Below, piece by piece: positions 1 to 15,229 of a DNA stretch of 64,000 nt (its first letter is position 1; each line of letters starts with the position of its first letter). A model generated the notes under the pieces. The model saw only the letters and a list, made by a program, of their open reading frames with translations, searched no databases and was not told the origin of the DNA. The position numbers and the translations under genes are program-made. The stretch is from Podarcis pityusensis (Eukaryota): NCBI GenBank assembly GCA_964106645.2, contig OZ067041.1; one strand, 5' to 3'.

Positions 1-589
1 TATTGAGTTGATGTCCCCCGGACATCAATTCCGCCTTTGAAATCCCGTAATGTCAGGGGAAATTCAGATGTATGGCAGCCCTATTATAATGTTCTGAAAA
101 CTGATTTATTTATTTATCACCAAGGATGAGCTTTATAAGCTAAAAAAGTTCAGCTGTATGAACTTGAACTAGTTTGTAAGAGTATGAACATTAGCTTGAA
201 CTAGCTTCTTTTGGTACAGGGTTAACGTGAGCTAGAGCTTGCTCCTTTTTAAAATGAATTTTCCAAGCATTGGTGAAGAGTTATTATACAATCTTAGTGC
301 CCATGAAGCTACCAGAAAGCAAGCTAAGAATTGTTATTCAGTGGTGATCATCTGCATCCATTTTCACAGCCATCCTTTTAATAGTGTCACAAAGAGCTGT
401 GTATTACAGAGGGAAGTACAGCAAGTGAATTCTGCTTGTTATATAGACTTAATGCAATCAATATCAATTTGTTAAGATTTTACAGTGAAATGTCTCATAT
501 AACTCTGCAATTTTCTTGCTTGACCTTGACATCAGCAAGTCAGTTTCTTGATTTTATTGTTACTCTTTTGCCTCAAGTACAACATAGCA

Positions 590-632
590 TATCTATCTAT
601 ATCTATCTATCTATCCATCCATCTATCTATCT
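590..632. repeat. (TATC/CATC)n microsatellite
   Basis: Imperfect tetranucleotide run. Confidence 0.9.
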
Positions 633-3600
633 TCCCAATTTGCAAGAAGGCAGAGTCAGGTTCTTTGGGAGACGTTGGGGATGCCAGCACTGTAATCGTG
701 TCTCCTTTTTCAAAACCTGGTAAATGCATCGATTCAAAAAAACCCAAAAAAACTTATTTGTGACCAAAGTTAAGGGTATCATGTTAGCTCAAACTCCACA
801 AATCTGGGAAATTGAATCATGGCTCAACAGACGTGTCCCTGATCTGTAACAATGTTGTGCAATGTCACAAACTGTGGTTGCTTACAACTTGCCCTCCATG
901 CACCCACCCTTTTGCTTAGTCATTCAGGACCTTGAAACTGGTTCGGTAGCAGATGGGTTTTGTATGCAGTTTTGCATAACATTTGTTTATTATTTTCACT
1001 GGAAAACCGCATCACAAAATTTGGAGAAGTGCAAATTTTGAAGGATAGCTGTATTTTGGTTCAAGAAGTTAATAAAGTAGGCCGATGTACAAAATGAATG
1101 GAATTAATTTCTCCCTCATACCTACCTCTAGGATAGCTGTGAGCAACCCCTGACCTTTCAGATGTTGCAAGACCCCAGCAGCTCACCTGTTATTAAGGAC
1201 CACTGGGATTGTAGGTGAGCAATATCTGGAAGGCCGTGGGTTCCCTCTGAACAGCTTGGGACCATCATGAGGACACCTCAAGGTTAGCTTTTACCCACAT
1301 GAGCTTTTTTAAACATTAAGATATGTCTGCAGAAGCCCATAATCTCAGTATATTTCAACAGTTCACTCATCGAGGAAAAATGAAGACTATTAAAAAAAAA
1401 AGTTGCAGACCAGTTAAGGATATTTGTTTATTCTGTCACAACTATTTCAGACCCACCTTTCAGTATACAAATCCAGGGTTGCTTACAAGTAACCTAAAAT
1501 TTCCCATTGAAATATCCAGGCAGCTGCCATCTTTGTATTTCTACAGCTAATTTAACTCTCCTGATTTAACTCTCCACATTCCAAGCTGTTGGTGAGCCCA
1601 GTTGAAGGGGATTTTCCTCAGGTAGGCACAGCTGGGTCTGAAATCAATAACCTTTCAGCACCTGATTAAATCCTTTTTATTGCTGTTTTTAATCTGGTTT
1701 CATATTGAAATAGTGCTCTGTTGAATTTGAATAGTAGTAGTAGAAGAAGATGATTATGATGGCTGGCAGTTTCTCTGGAAGCTCTTGCCCTGAACTTGCT
1801 TAAACTAAATGAATTTTTCAAGGCAGCTTATAGAGGCACAATAAAACAAAGTACAAATTGGTAGTTTTAACAAATGTGAAAAGTGTTTAAAAGCATCAAC
1901 AGTGACAATCTAACAGATGAGTAAGAAGCAGTAATCTGAAAAGCCTGTTGAAAGGAAAATGGTTGCTGCTTGTCTAAACAAAGGCCAGCTGTACCGCTCT
2001 TTGAAGACTGTTCCGTATGTTGGCTGCCTCCACAACTAATTTGAGTAATGTTTATGGTTAATTTGATGGCTGAGGGACCCAGGCAAAGGCCTTGGGAGTA
2101 GAATAAGGTTTTTGTGCAAGGGTGATCCTTGAGATATTCTGACACCGGGCCATAACACCAACCTGAGCCCAGAAGTAGGCTGCTCTAGTGTAACTAGCAA
2201 AGGCTTGATGGTTGTTCAGTGGGGTTTTCCTGTCTTCTCTCTTCTTCTGCAGCATATTACCCCCCCCCCAAAAAAAAGCTGCTCCTGAGGGTGACGTCAC
2301 ATAACTCTGGAACTATGCTGGCTGGGGCTACAGAAGGGCAGAGCTTTGAATTAATGCCATACTTGTGTCTCCATGACTATGACAAGTTCCCTATAAAGAT
2401 TGTCTAAATTTAGCTTTACTTAAAAAAAAGTAGTCAGCCGTTATTACTTTGGGACGTGGCCACTGATGGCTTTGTGCTAGCATAAAGCACTTCCTTCGTG
2501 CAACCAGTTTCCACTAATTCTCCCCGCAACACAGCCAGCCCCTGTGCCCCTGGGAAACTGCTGCTGAGGGCTGAGCCACCCTCTGGCGCTGCATGAAGGA
2601 GATGCAGCACAGATGGCTGAAGCTGGTGGGGAGGAATCAGTTATAACGGGATGCCCTGCCTTGTATGAGCAGAAAGTGTGGGGGTCTTTGGCCCTGCAGA
2701 TGTTGTTGAACTTCAGATCCCGCCATCCCTGACCACCAGCCAAGCTTGCTGGGGCTGATGGAAGTTGTAGTTCAGCAACTCCTCCTTTTAAATATAAGTC
2801 AGACCTACAAATCAAAGCCACTTTCAAAGGGCCAAAGGTTCCCCACACCTGCACTACTGCAAAGCCATCATGGTACGCAACTATTAGGTTCCAGGCCAAA
2901 GGTTGGTTCATATGTGTGACTTTCTGCCATTTTCGTCTCATGCATGTTATGCTTAATCTGGGCAGTATAATGTGTGAGTAGGTGCTTAAGTTATTCAGCC
3001 CATTTTGACATATATTTTCTCTATTAGCAAAGCCTAGAATGTTAGAGGGAAAGACATTTTTACATAAACTTGTTGGGTGGGTGCGCACGCATGATGCGCA
3101 TGCCTTGACTTGGTATAATTGAGGTTTATTCCAAGGATGGTTGCTGTCACTTGCCAACTTTGAACAGAAGATGGCAGCAGTCTCTTGCACACTGCCTGCA
3201 GCACTAGCCCGGTGCTTAGTCCATGCTGTTAACTAAATCAAAAGGATAGAGGTATTAAATCACAAACAGAGAATTAATTCATGAAATGAAGGCTTCATGT
3301 AGAAGCAAAGCCATAATCACATTTAATAATGCAGTATCCAAAATTAGAAGTCCCAGGTATGACTTTCTGAGCCTTCCGAATTAGATTTAATGACTTTTAA
3401 ACATAGCATGCTGCCTTTAGGAAAGCAGGACACAAAAACGGAGACAATCAGATGATGAACGATAGGGCTCTGTTTTAGTCTGCAGTATTTCTAAATGATT
3501 CAAAATGACTTCACAGAAATGTAGCCCAACCCTCTGCAGTGCAGGAATCTTTTGCCCAACCCCATGACCAAGGGATTAAGAGTCTCATAGAGCAGTGTGT

Positions 3601-5644
3601 GCCATGCAATCCGTCTTGTGCCACCTTACCTGCCCTGCTGCCCTCAGGTGTTGTGGTGGACATGGTCTCATTGCCAGTGCTGATAACAGCTGGCAGCCAT
3701 GGGCAGGGTGGGCAGCACTCTTCAACTCAGGCCCTGTCAGTAGACTCAGTACAGTAGATTCCTCGCCACAGGCACCCAATAGCTATCTTAGGTAATCATT
3801 TTATATGAATCGGGGAGTTACACATAAGTGCACTCTGAACATGATAGTCCTCAGTCCAACCACAGAATGTCCAGTCTATGGAAAAGAATACCAGAGGGGA
3901 GATTTTTCTCTTAAGTTAAATAGTTTACCTTCCCAATTAAGGAAGCATGACTGCTTAGTGGGGTAAAAAATAGTATCAGCTGACACCAATCTCTTCCAAA
4001 AGAAAAATACCGGTAAACCTTGCCCATTGTTGCCTGCTTGCTAATGTTAGCTCATTAAATGTATCATTTCAAACCACCCATTTCATCTGCTGTTAAGGCG
4101 AGTTTAAGGATTTAAAAATGATATCAAAGAGTGAAGTTCAAAGGAAAAACACAATTGTGTGGTATTAAATCTTGCAGGGCATAATTCTATTATGAAACTG
4201 ACTGGTTCCTTAACCCCCCAAAAGTTACAACTGGATACCCCTTTATTAATCATAACCACTGTTGTGTTAATGTATGTATAGTCTTGAAGAGCTCTGCATG
4301 TGTGATTTGCTGAATGAAATGCCAAAATAAAGTGTCTGGACACTGATTCATTCTTAAACTCTAGACTCAGAAATGTGATGTACATAATATGAAAAATATG
4401 CAGAATTATAAACTCACTCCTTCTTTTGCTAAATGCTTATCAATTGTTTTATTCCCTTTCTGCAAGAAATGTACCGCATTTACATCCCTCTCACACTCTC
4501 TCTCACATATACTCAATGTCAATAAAATCCATACTGTTCTGACAGTATGCTCTTACCAAACAGGGATGCTATCATATTCATCAATACACATAGTATATCT
4601 ATTTTTCATACATTCCATCAACAGGAGCCATTTACTTATAAATTTTGTCTTCCATCCCACAATCGAAACAGCGCTCTGGGTTTCTCATTTCCGCCACTTT
4701 CCAAATTTTAACTAGCCATTCTTTAATTGTCGGTTGTAGCTCTTCCATTTTTTGGATTCTAACAAACGGGCAGCAACATTTAACTATTAAGACTGCCTGG
4801 GTTTTTACATACTTCTTGACATAGAATCTATGTTATGGAGCTCCACCTTTCTGTTACATTACACGGGTTATTTTCACTTGCTGAAATTTATTTCTTCATG
4901 ACATCCCCTTGTTTAGAATTTTGATAGCCCAACAGATGCAATGTGTGTGTGAGCTTTATTAATTTGAGAAAACAAAATTAAGCTTATACTCCTCCATCTG
5001 GCATTGAGCAAATAATTACTGTTCAATGTTAATCTGTGTTTTCTTTTGCAGATTTAGCGTGAGTGATGTTAATTTTGATTGCATTAGGAGTAAGCCAATA
5101 AAGGGGAGTGAGAAGCTTTGGAGTTCATTACAAAGGTTTCATTCATTTCAAATGCAACTCAAGGCAATATGTAAAGAATTCTTCTAGCGCAGCTCTTGTG
5201 TAGGTGGTACGGGTTCAAGGTTTGGAGATTACTACAGGCATATAGCAAGTACTTTTGGGAATCTTCCCATAGAGATTCTATTTGAGTAAATACTTTGATC
5301 ATAGAAGAATTATATGAAAATCCTATACCACATTGTGCTACTTTAAATATTGAATTAAGGAGATAGCTTCTTTCTTTCTTTCAGACCACCCTTTGGAGAA
5401 CGCATAAATATTTGCTCTTTGATATGACTTAATCTTTCCCTCAGATTTATTGGGAGTGTGTGATTCCACAGCTACAACTGCTTCAGCAACTGTGAGAGCA
5501 CCCCCAGGGAAAATTGGAACTGCTGGTGATGAGCTTTAAAGTCCCAAATGACTGGGGACCAGAATCACTTCCCACACTAGGAATTCCTTGGTGTTGCTCA
5601 GATATTACTCTTCTACTCTTGGCTGTAAATAGAGTTTTAAAAAA

Positions 5645-5690
5645 CGACTGGACCTAATGGTCAGGGGTCCCTTTACCCTTTACCTTTATG
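5645..5690 (+). mobile_element. Sauria SINE 3' tail fragment
   Basis: gactggacctaatggtcaggggtccctttaccctttaccttta matches the end of the 57064 copy. Confidence 0.7.
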
Positions 5691-5827
5691 TTTACTTATT
5701 TCATAAAATTTATACACTGCTTTTTTGTAAGAAACCTCGAAGTGGTTTACAAAAAGATAAAGCAAGAAAATCAAAAGTTAAAATACTAAAACAGGTTAAA
5801 ATTACTATAGATACAGATTTTGAAATT

Positions 5828-6030
5828 CAGTGGTACCTTGGTTTAAGAACAGCTTAGTTTATGAACAGCTTGGATTAAGAACTTTGCCTTGGAATAAGAA
5901 TGTGTTTCGCTTCCTGTTGAGTGTGTTTCATTTGTAAATTTAGTCCCCTGCTTCTATGGGAAAGCACGCCTTGGTTTAAGAAAGCTTTGGTTTAAGAAAG
6001 GACTTCAGTTCGCAAACCAAGGTACCACTG
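5828..6030. mobile_element. Tigger-like MITE with related TIRs but different interior
   Basis: CAGTGGTACCTTGGTT...AACCAAGGTACCACTG followed by TA. Confidence 0.8.
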
Positions 6031-6672
6031 TAAGTACTATAACTTAATAGACATACCATAGGGAGGAAGACTGTGCCCAGGTGACTTGAGTACCTGCTCA
6101 TTCTGTGGTTCAGGTGCTGTTGGTGAGCAACTATAAGACACCTCCTAGTTTTAAATATCTTTAAACCACGCCTGGTTCCTTCATATAGAGGACGCCTTAA
6201 ACAGAGGGCTCTCTTCTGTAAAGTAAGACACATGGCCACTGCATTAACATCTGACAAGGCCCATCCACACAGTGAAATATGAGGAAGGCCATTTGATGAG
6301 ACCCCTCTAAGATGGAGTGGGGGTGAGTGGGGAAGACAAACTTCCTTTTAGTGCTAGAACACAAGTACTGTCGTCCATCAGCACTTTTTACACATCTTAG
6401 TGCTCTGGGTTACAGAATGCACAGGGCTTCTTATTTCTGAACTTCAAAGCTTAGTGCAAGAGAATGGGCTTTTCCCCTTCCACTCTCTTACGGAATAAAG
6501 CTTTGAAAGCCATAAAGCTTTGAAAGCAGCAAGGGTTTCATGCTTAGATCTGAGCAAAAATTGCCACTTAAAACTGTACCGGGGTGCAACGTTGCTAAAT
6601 TTTCTTTGGGTGGCAGAGAAATACTTCAACAAGTAGGTGGAGCTAAGTGTAAACATCAGTTGAGCTTTTTCT

Positions 6673-6698
6673 CAGCAGCAGCAGCAGCAGCAGCAGCA
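6673..6698. repeat. (CAG)n microsatellite
   Basis: 8 units, non-coding. Confidence 0.95.
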
Positions 6699-6876
6699 AC
6701 TGTAATGTCAGCCTAGCAGATGTTTTGCATCTACCTCAAATGTCTCAAACCTGGCATTGTTCTGGAGTATTGTTATGGGGTGGGTGGGTGTGGAGAGGTG
6801 GGGTTATGGCCACCTGAAAAACAACAGGGATTCAGAGGTATACTACTGTAGTACATAGCCATAAGGCTACTAGGTA

Positions 6877-7150
6877 TTGATAGCCTTATACTCCATGAAT
6901 TTATCCCTCACCCTTTTAAAGGCATCCAAGAGGCCATCGCTACAGCTTGTAGGAATTAATTCTGCATTTGCCTCTCTGCCCAACACCCACCTTTATTGGA
7001 AGATCTTGCTTTCTAATATTATGAAGGAAGGAAAAACATTCTTTTTTCACTTTCCCCATACTGTGCATAACTGTACACACTTCTATCATGTTTTCCTCCT
7101 TACTAACCTTTCTTCAATATTAAAAATTCAACTTGGAGTCTTATAAATTA
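6877..7150 (-). mobile_element. CR1 LINE 3' fragment
   Basis: ttgatagccttatactccatgaatttatcc...cttttaaaggcatccaag is the reverse complement of a typical squamate CR1 ORF2 end. Confidence 0.55.
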
Positions 7151-8050
7151 GCACAGCCTCTTGCTGCTTTCAAAACCTCACAATTCAACAATCAACGTGA
7201 CTAATAGAAGGGAGGGATACTCTCCCCACTTTCAGTGGGTCTGTGAAGGCTTTGCAGAGCTCTCTGACTCAACACAAGGCCCTCGCATGCCCTGTCCCAC
7301 CTCCGTTGAAACTAAGGAATGTAGCGAGAAAACAAAAAGCATTAAGTGTTCACAGTACTTGTGTTTCATCACAATAAGGAAGTCTGTGGAAGGGAGAGTC
7401 AGCAGTAAATAGAATCGCTGAGGTTGCAGTGTTTCAGGGTTTTTCCTCCAGTCCGAATGCATTAGATCTAAAAAGGAACAAAACAAAAGAACAATGGTTT
7501 GCTGACAACACTCTCTATATGATCAGTAGGGAGTGAATGGACCAAAAATAGCAATTGGCTAGTATAGAAGTAGCTCAGGTTATCGGAACCATCTCCTGTA
7601 TCAGGGATGGAAAACCTGTGGCCCTCCAAATATTGTTGGATTCCCAACTCCCAACAGCTCCATCCAGCATGACCAATGGTCCCTGCCCTATATGTGTTTC
7701 AGATCTTCAGAAGAGGGCCTTCTGTATTCCTCGCCACATCTGTAAACTTTCTTTTGTTGTCCCCCAACACCACCCTGTTGCCTCCCACAGACAAGAGGTA
7801 AACAATCCCCATAGTTCTCCTCTGTGCCTGGCTCAAACATTCCCATTCCCCTCTCCAAAGACCATCTGATTTACAAGAAATATATCATTTCCAATCTAAA
7901 TGCTGGCTGCCTTTCAGCTGATAGCAAATGTTTATTACTAGGCATAAAACTCTGTAAATAGCCATTTATAACTGAAACACTGATGAAACTAAGCAATAAA
8001 ACTAGACAGCACATCAATTCCAATGTAGTTGCCTGCTCCTTGTGCTGGAC

Positions 8051-8053
<3 letters not shown>

Positions 8054-8094
<41 letters not shown>
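8054..8094. repeat. (CA)n microsatellite
   Basis: About 20 perfect units. Confidence 0.98.
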
Positions 8095-8095
<1 letters not shown>

Positions 8096-11000
8096 TTATA
8101 ACACAGTCCTACATATGTCTGCTCAGAAGTAAGTGCCATTGAGTTCAGTGTACTTATTCTTAGGTAAGCATGGGATTGCATACACTATTATGCTACTTAT
8201 TTCCTCTATGCTGGATTATAAGAAACAGTCGTAAATTTCTCAGATGTTTATATGAAGAAATGGTAATCCTCAAGGTCACCTAGTCTTCCCAAATAGTCCC
8301 ATTAACATAAATGGGAATAGAATTTGACAATTAACTCTTCTGCTCCATTGTATTGATATGCACATGTTTATTTGCTTTTTAAATTACAAGACTAGGAAAT
8401 TGTTGCTTCCAAAGCAGGAGGGAAAGCACCCATCTGTGAGTCTTCTTTTCGTTTCAAGGATATTGACAATTTCCAGTGTAAATAAATAAATGCTCTCTGA
8501 CTAAACAAAACAGTAAGTACAAATGCATCTGCGAAAAATATACTTATTTCAGCATATGCTCCCTATTACCAATTATGTCAAATCATGCTTGTGAATTAAA
8601 GGCAGGAACTGAAACAGATGAGTAGTAAAACTCACACTGAGAGAGAGAGAAATTCTCACAGTGTGATTTACAGAACAGGTTGTGGCTAGTATAGTGGACT
8701 CATAAAAACAAATATAATTCAGATGGAATTTAATGAGACACTGTTTTGGCCAAGGACAATCCCTTCCTATCTGAAGCCTTCCTTTTGTCTGTCTCAAGGC
8801 TTTTTTCTTTCTGCACAGAAAATGCCAAAAGAATCTTACTTTGTAATGCATGATGGAGATCCAATGAGCTGCCAGGGCCCCAGCAGAATTTTTCATATAT
8901 ATAATTTTGTCCTGGGTTCAAAAGGCTATCTTAGGCTATCTTAGAAAGCAGGTTGTTTCAGTTGAACAACCTGCTTTCCAGCAGTTCACCTGGGCTGATC
9001 TGTGTCCATATGGATAGCTGTAGAAAGCAAGCAGTTCCCCAGATTACATCCGCTCAATCCATCTGTTCTCTTTCTCTCTTATCCAAAGAGAGGCTCCAGA
9101 GCAGGGATCGGGAAACTTTTCTAGATGGCGCTCCCTGTCCCATCTAAGGGCCTTCTGGTGATCCCCTTACTGCGAGAAGTGAAACTACAAAAAAAGAAGG
9201 CATTATGGGTAGTTGCACCTGCCCTGTGGAGTACCCTCCCAATAGATGTCAAATAATTAAACAACTATATAATTTTTCCTAGACATCTGGAGGCAGCCCT
9301 GTTTTGGGAAGCTTTTAATGCTTGATGTTGTTTTTCCTGTATTTTTGTTGGTAGCCCCCAGAGTGGTTGAGGCAACCCAATCAGATGTGCGTGCTAAACT
9401 GCGTAGGCTAGGAGGTGGAGTTGAGGAAGGGGGGGCCTGGGAAGAACCATGAGGACCAGAGAAAGAGATATCTGAAGGGCCACGCTGCACCCCTTGGCCT
9501 GAGATTTCCCCACTCTTACACTAAAGGTAAACAAGCTAAGTACTTAAAATTGTCATTCAGGGCACCTGTTTTGCTGAGTTCTCTCACAATATTGCCAGGC
9601 AGGCAGGACTTCCAGAAAATAAACTGACTTTTGTCACAAAAAGGGGACCTCACACACCCAGGGGAACATATCACCTGTTTCTTCCTTCTGGGGAGCCAGA
9701 GCCTTAAGTATCTCAAGAATATCTCTCTCATATATAAAATTGTAAAGATCTCATCACACTGCACTTCACTTGGCCACAGAAAGGTGGCAGTAAGAACTAC
9801 AGCATGGATATCCCAGCCTGGGCAACATGTTGTCAAAATGGAAAAATCTCAGCCAAATCAAGCAACACTTTCCACTTCTCTTACTGAAGAATTACATGTA
9901 TTTGATCATTTTTTCACATTTTGTAGTATATGCTTTTTCTGTTAGAATGAAGCAAAATTGCCAGATATATTGTTTCCCCTTGTAAAAGCTATTTAATGAG
10001 CTGAAAGCATGACAAACATTAAGTGGTAATCTTGCCCTGCCAAGTCTTGTGAATATAATTAATGCATGTGCAATAAGCCATGGGTTTATGTAAATAATGA
10101 ATGTCCTTTGTTTTTAATGTGTTCTGTTTTAAACAGCATTACATTAACATCACACTCAATTTTATCTATAAGCCTAGGAAGCAGAACAAATCAGGTAGGT
10201 TGGGTATTTGCTTACAATTATAGAATGAATTTTACTAAAGAGCAGGGTATACATCCCTGTACAAACAAACAAAGTAAATAGGTTGCTCCTCACCCCATCT
10301 CCACAGTTCACCTGTTTCTACTTTGCTTTGATCCAACAAAAGGATAGATGAGCACAATCAGAAGTGAGTCAAGCAGCCACTTACTGTAGAAAATAAATAC
10401 AATTACAAAAGTAGGCACAAGTGGCTCTAGAGACTAGCTTCCTGCAGGTGCCTTTAGACTAGAGGTGCTGCTATAGCAGGCCTACATAATTTACCTCAGT
10501 GCAGCCCACAAGGTACACATTGTGGATTTCCAAGTTCTTGACAACACCATCCTCCATTTTAAAATTTCTGATGAAGATCAAGCATATCAAGTAAACTGCA
10601 GTACATGGCTGGGGACAACCTTTAGCTTGATGTTTGTTGTTGCCCAAGATTGATATGGTGATGAGGATGCCACGTAGAATGCCTAGTTTCCGAAATCTTT
10701 GGGAAGGTCCAAAGGCAAGGGAATGGTTCAGTATGTCCAAATGAAAGGAAAAGCCAAGCCTCAGGGGCCTTCTTTCCTCACATCATGACCCAGATCATCA
10801 CAAGTGTTGTCCTGCACATTCCACAAAATAGGTATCTCAAAGTGTCCCACATCACAGGCTGTAATTCAAAACAGCTTCTCTGTCTTCCACCTACAGAGTG
10901 ATGCCAACACCCCTTCAATGTGGAGCTCTCTGTTTTGCCTGCCAAAAAGAGAGGAGATTACAGGTGGGATTCCCAGTTATGGTAGTCTATGGAAGGCCAC

Positions 11001-13174
11001 AAAGCAGGGTAAGGAGGGACTGAAACAGCCCCAAATTCACCAGATCCCAAGCCAGCCCCACTGCCATCACTTGACAGCCATAGCTAAGCACAAATGTGTG
11101 AGCATGCAGCTACTCGCAGTAGAAATAGTGGCTGCTTTGATTCTTCCCAAGCCATCCTGCTATGCTACCTGTAGCTAAAAGGTGGTCTGGCTTAATCATC
11201 CATCTGAACCTGAACTTGTGGTTTATCTTGCTCCAGATAAACCACAAGCTGTAGCTAAAGTTAATTCTTGACAGACCATCAAAGAATTAAATAACGTAGT
11301 TTGGCTTTCATTAGGTCTTAATAAATTTAGATCAGCATATGTGAATGTTAAGCAAATAAATTGTGGTTTAGAGCTAACAAACCCAGAAGCCCAAATGTTC
11401 CTTCGGTGCAAAGATCCCAGCAATAATATGGCTTTAAAATCTACTTCTGTTTACATAAAATCTGCCCCATAATAACATGTGAAGATTACTTTTTTTAGGA
11501 AGATATATAGCAATCATGAACAGAAGGGATTAAGAAACATACTGTCATTTATTACAGCTACTGTATACATTACTGCATGGAACATCAAGTTAGTATATTA
11601 TAGGAATGCTTAATTATTTCAAACATGGATTTAGATGAAAGGAATCCATCAACATAACTTTTAAATAGCCAGATGGTCAATGCATACCCATGTTTATAAT
11701 TTCTGTTTGTTGCAGCCTTCCCTGAATTAATATTACCCATCTGATATTTTTTAAGGAATCTGATTGTCCATCTAGCAGCTGGCTACGTTAAAAGTGTTAA
11801 GTTTATATAGCTTTAAGGCAGTAGACTTTTTGTGCTTGACATAATAGAACATTGCCTTGTGGCTATGAGTGTAACAGGCCCTTTTCAAAACTTAGCAGTT
11901 CTTTTGTATTGCTCAGCTTGCTTGGTCATGAGGAGATTTTGCTAGTATTCCTGAAGGATGTTTGTCGAGTGATGGGCTTCTCATTTCTGAGCTCTCTCTG
12001 TCAAGTGAAGGAATACTGTCTGCTGCAAATCTATGGATTATGTGAATTACCTTGGGCAAATGCTTTGCAAAACGTTGTGACAGAATTCAGAAAATTATTT
12101 CATTCAGTTAAGATTATCCCCCAAAATATATTCAGATTCTGTTTATGGCAAGAAAAATAAATTAATTATTCTGTCGTATATTGTAGCTTTTGATGAAAGT
12201 TGGCAAGAGATAAGTGCAGTCTCTGGAGATGGCTTATTATTATCAATTATTTAAGAACACATAGGAAGACAGCCTTACAATCAAATATACTAGAAATAAA
12301 TGTAAAGTTGGAGGGCGAAAAGACTCCCAGTGCAATCCTAATCAGACTAATCAGAAGTAAGCACTACTGAACTTAATGGAACTGGCTCTTTAAGGTAAGT
12401 GTGCAGAAGTGCAGACTTACCGTAATTGGATGGTAAAAATAAATACAAATGTGTACGACTGACTACTCTGTATTGGATGATTCATAGGTGAATAGTAAAC
12501 AGATTCCATAAATACTGTCTCAGCAGGCTCTCCATGTGTTAGAACCTCTGGAAAATCAGGACCCTAACAGATGAAGGGAGTCTCCACTTTCAGAGGAGGA
12601 AGTTCATCCTCCAATCCATGGAGACATGGTCTCTCTCTCTCTCAAACATAATGACTGAAGAGAGCTAGAATGTCTGCCTGTCTTCACCCTAAGCAGAAGT
12701 TTAGAATGATAGGCCCATATATTAATAAACTATTAGCGTTATTGGTCATACCTTTTTCTTAAGACCATAACTTTTGTCTTGTATTTCAGCCTGGCTGAGA
12801 GGTAGACCAGAAGACGAGCACTGGAGATGGGGCACCATAAAGCCGCAGTCCACTAACCTTCAGTGGAAAGCATTATGTATTCAGCGTTTTTCCAAGCTCC
12901 AGGCTCTCATGCCACAGAAAGCCACTTTTCAGACTTGGTGGTTTGATCCTGTGGGTTTGTGTACTGCTTTTTATAGTTCAGCTGTACTAATACAAACATA
13001 TCCATACTCCAAAGGTACAGTATATTGTTTCTGTTGTCATGCCTTCTCTCCCAGAATCTTGAAAACTGTGAGGTGCTGAGAATGGGACGTTGATAGTCCA
13101 CTCCTTAAAGAACCACAGTTCCTAGGGCTCCTTAAGGTAAGGAAATTAGTATTACTATCAGATCGTTTTAAGTC

Positions 13175-13310
13175 TAGGAGTGGAGAACTGTTGGCCCTCC
13201 AATTGTTGTTGGACTCCAACTTCCACTGGCCCCTGTCAGTATGACCAATGATCAAGGATGATGGGAATTGTAGTCCACCACCACCTGGAAGGCCACAGGT
13301 TCCACATCTG
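13175..13310. mobile_element. Short palindromic hAT-like MITE (related copies near 1140-1245, 2690-2780, 7602-7682, 30275-30350)
   Basis: ggccctcca..gttgttggactccaacttcc ... gggaattgtagtccacca..ctggaaggcc inverted arms. Confidence 0.6.
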
Positions 13311-14645
13311 TAGTCTAGATGTGTTTTTGCCACTTGTTTCTGGTAGTGTTTTTGTTTTAACTGTTTTAAGTGGTCTGTGCTGTTTGTTTGATTTTGAGAG
13401 ACACAAGGGAGTTTGAAATAAGACATGATTCAAGAATTTGATACTGGTCTCGTTCTAAAAGTGGAATGGCTTTCTTTTAATATTATAAAAATACACATGA
13501 ACTCTCTCTCACACTTGTAGTGGATTTCATCCTTTGGGGTGACAGAGGGAGGGAAGGCACAAGAGCATGTATATTGGATGAAAGAGAATCTGACCATTTA
13601 ACATACACGCTTTCCTATAATCCCTTCCTGCTCCGGTCATTTATATTTGCTCTTGCTGGAAAGGAAGAAAGGGGAGCAAAGCAGCTGTGTACTAGAGGCA
13701 GGTCATGGGTCTCTAATCTTCTATTTGCTACATATAAGATTAAAGATCTGCTTTGAGTTTTGATTAAGAATTCAAAGTTAAGAGATTAAATACCCGCAAG
13801 CCAAATTAAAGAGGTTTAAATCCAATCTCAGAATTCATCAACCTACCAAAATTTTAAGCTGTCATTACAACATAGGATTGTGCAAAGCTCTCCTGAATCT
13901 TGATTTGATGTCCTTTAGTCCTCGCTATTTCTTTCTCTTTACACTGTGAGAAAGCTATTGCTGTGCTTTAGAGTTCATCTCACCTAGAATCTACTAGTTA
14001 AATATCCACTGTGTCTTTTGTGATCCGCCACCTAAATAGCCATTCTACATTGTGTCTTGTCCCTAACTATATTAGAATTTTGCTCTTTTAGGGAATAAGA
14101 GAAAGCCTTCCTAATAATTCACCTTGTTTTGCAATATGTCCCTTCTATATCCTCACTTGCCTTGATTATTGAAAAAGATATGTCAAGTTATAAGAAAAGG
14201 GGGAATGCAGTAAATAAAATGGCTGATTAATTTTGTGATTAAAGACTGTAACTAATGCACATTCCTGATGATAATCAGGAAATATTTCAGATAAACTTGA
14301 CAAAGATAAATTATTTATAAAATGGGTAAAGATTAATCTCTGAATCCTTCTACCCCAAATCTCCCCAAAGAAATTATGCAATGATCTATATTCAGGAACT
14401 TTCAGACTTCTATTTTTGGTTGGGTTTCAGTCACAAAGCAGCAAATTCAGGCTGTGCTATTCAAGTTGATTTGGAAGTCTTGCACAACATACCCACTTCC
14501 CCCGCAAATCAGACTTGTTGCCATAAGGAAAATACAAACAAATCGGAAAGAATGCTCAATGAAGCCATCTAACTTTCCCATAAACTTTGTGCAAATAAAT
14601 CAAGATTAATGCTCAATATCTAGGCTGTCTGTAAATTACCTAAAT

Positions 14646-14974
14646 CAGGGCAACCCAACTTTTCATACCGAGAGCACCGGAAGAATATATTTTGACATGT
14701 TAGCGGCAGGCTGCACATTGCCTTGTTGCAAGGGTGAGGGGAGGCGAGGCCAATATTTTATGCCCCCCCCCCCTCCAGCCCTCTTGCTGCCTTCCCACAA
14801 CCAGATAAGCTGAGAGGCTCTGGCAGGGTCTTAGAGTCCCCTGATCTCCTTCCCAAAGCCCAGCGTCTCGCTTACCTGGCTTTGAGAAGGCAATGTGAGA
14901 GCTGGGGAGGGGATGTCAAATGTTGTCAAGGGCTGTCCCAAAAGCCCTTGGGGACCACGTGTTGTACAGTCCTG
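14646..14974. mobile_element. Non-autonomous hAT element
   Basis: CAGG...CCTG ends with imperfect TIRs; 8-bp flanks ACCTAAAT/ACCTAAAC. Confidence 0.65.
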
Positions 14975-14984
14975 ACCTAAACTA

Positions 14985-15229
14985 CAGTGGTACCTTGGGT
15001 TAAGAACTTAATTTGTTCTGGAGGTCTGTTCTTAACCTGAAACTGTTCTTAACCTGAGGTACCACTTTAGCTAATGGGGCCTCCCGCTACCGCTGTGCCA
15101 CCGCCGCACGATTTCTGTTCTCATCCTGAAGCAAAGTTCTTCTTAACCCGAGGTACTATTTCTGGGTTAGCGGAATCTGTAACCTGAAGCGTCTGTAACC
15201 TGAAGCGTCTGTAACCCGAGGTACCACTG
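14985..15229. mobile_element. Tc1/mariner (Tigger/pogo-like) MITE, family A
   Basis: TIR CAGTGGTACC...GGTACCACTG, TA flanks; five related copies in the window. Confidence 0.88.

Noticed and set aside
2477-3190. Longest ORF in the track (237 aa)
   Set aside because: No recognisable domain, non-ATG start, runs through a MITE; probably spurious.
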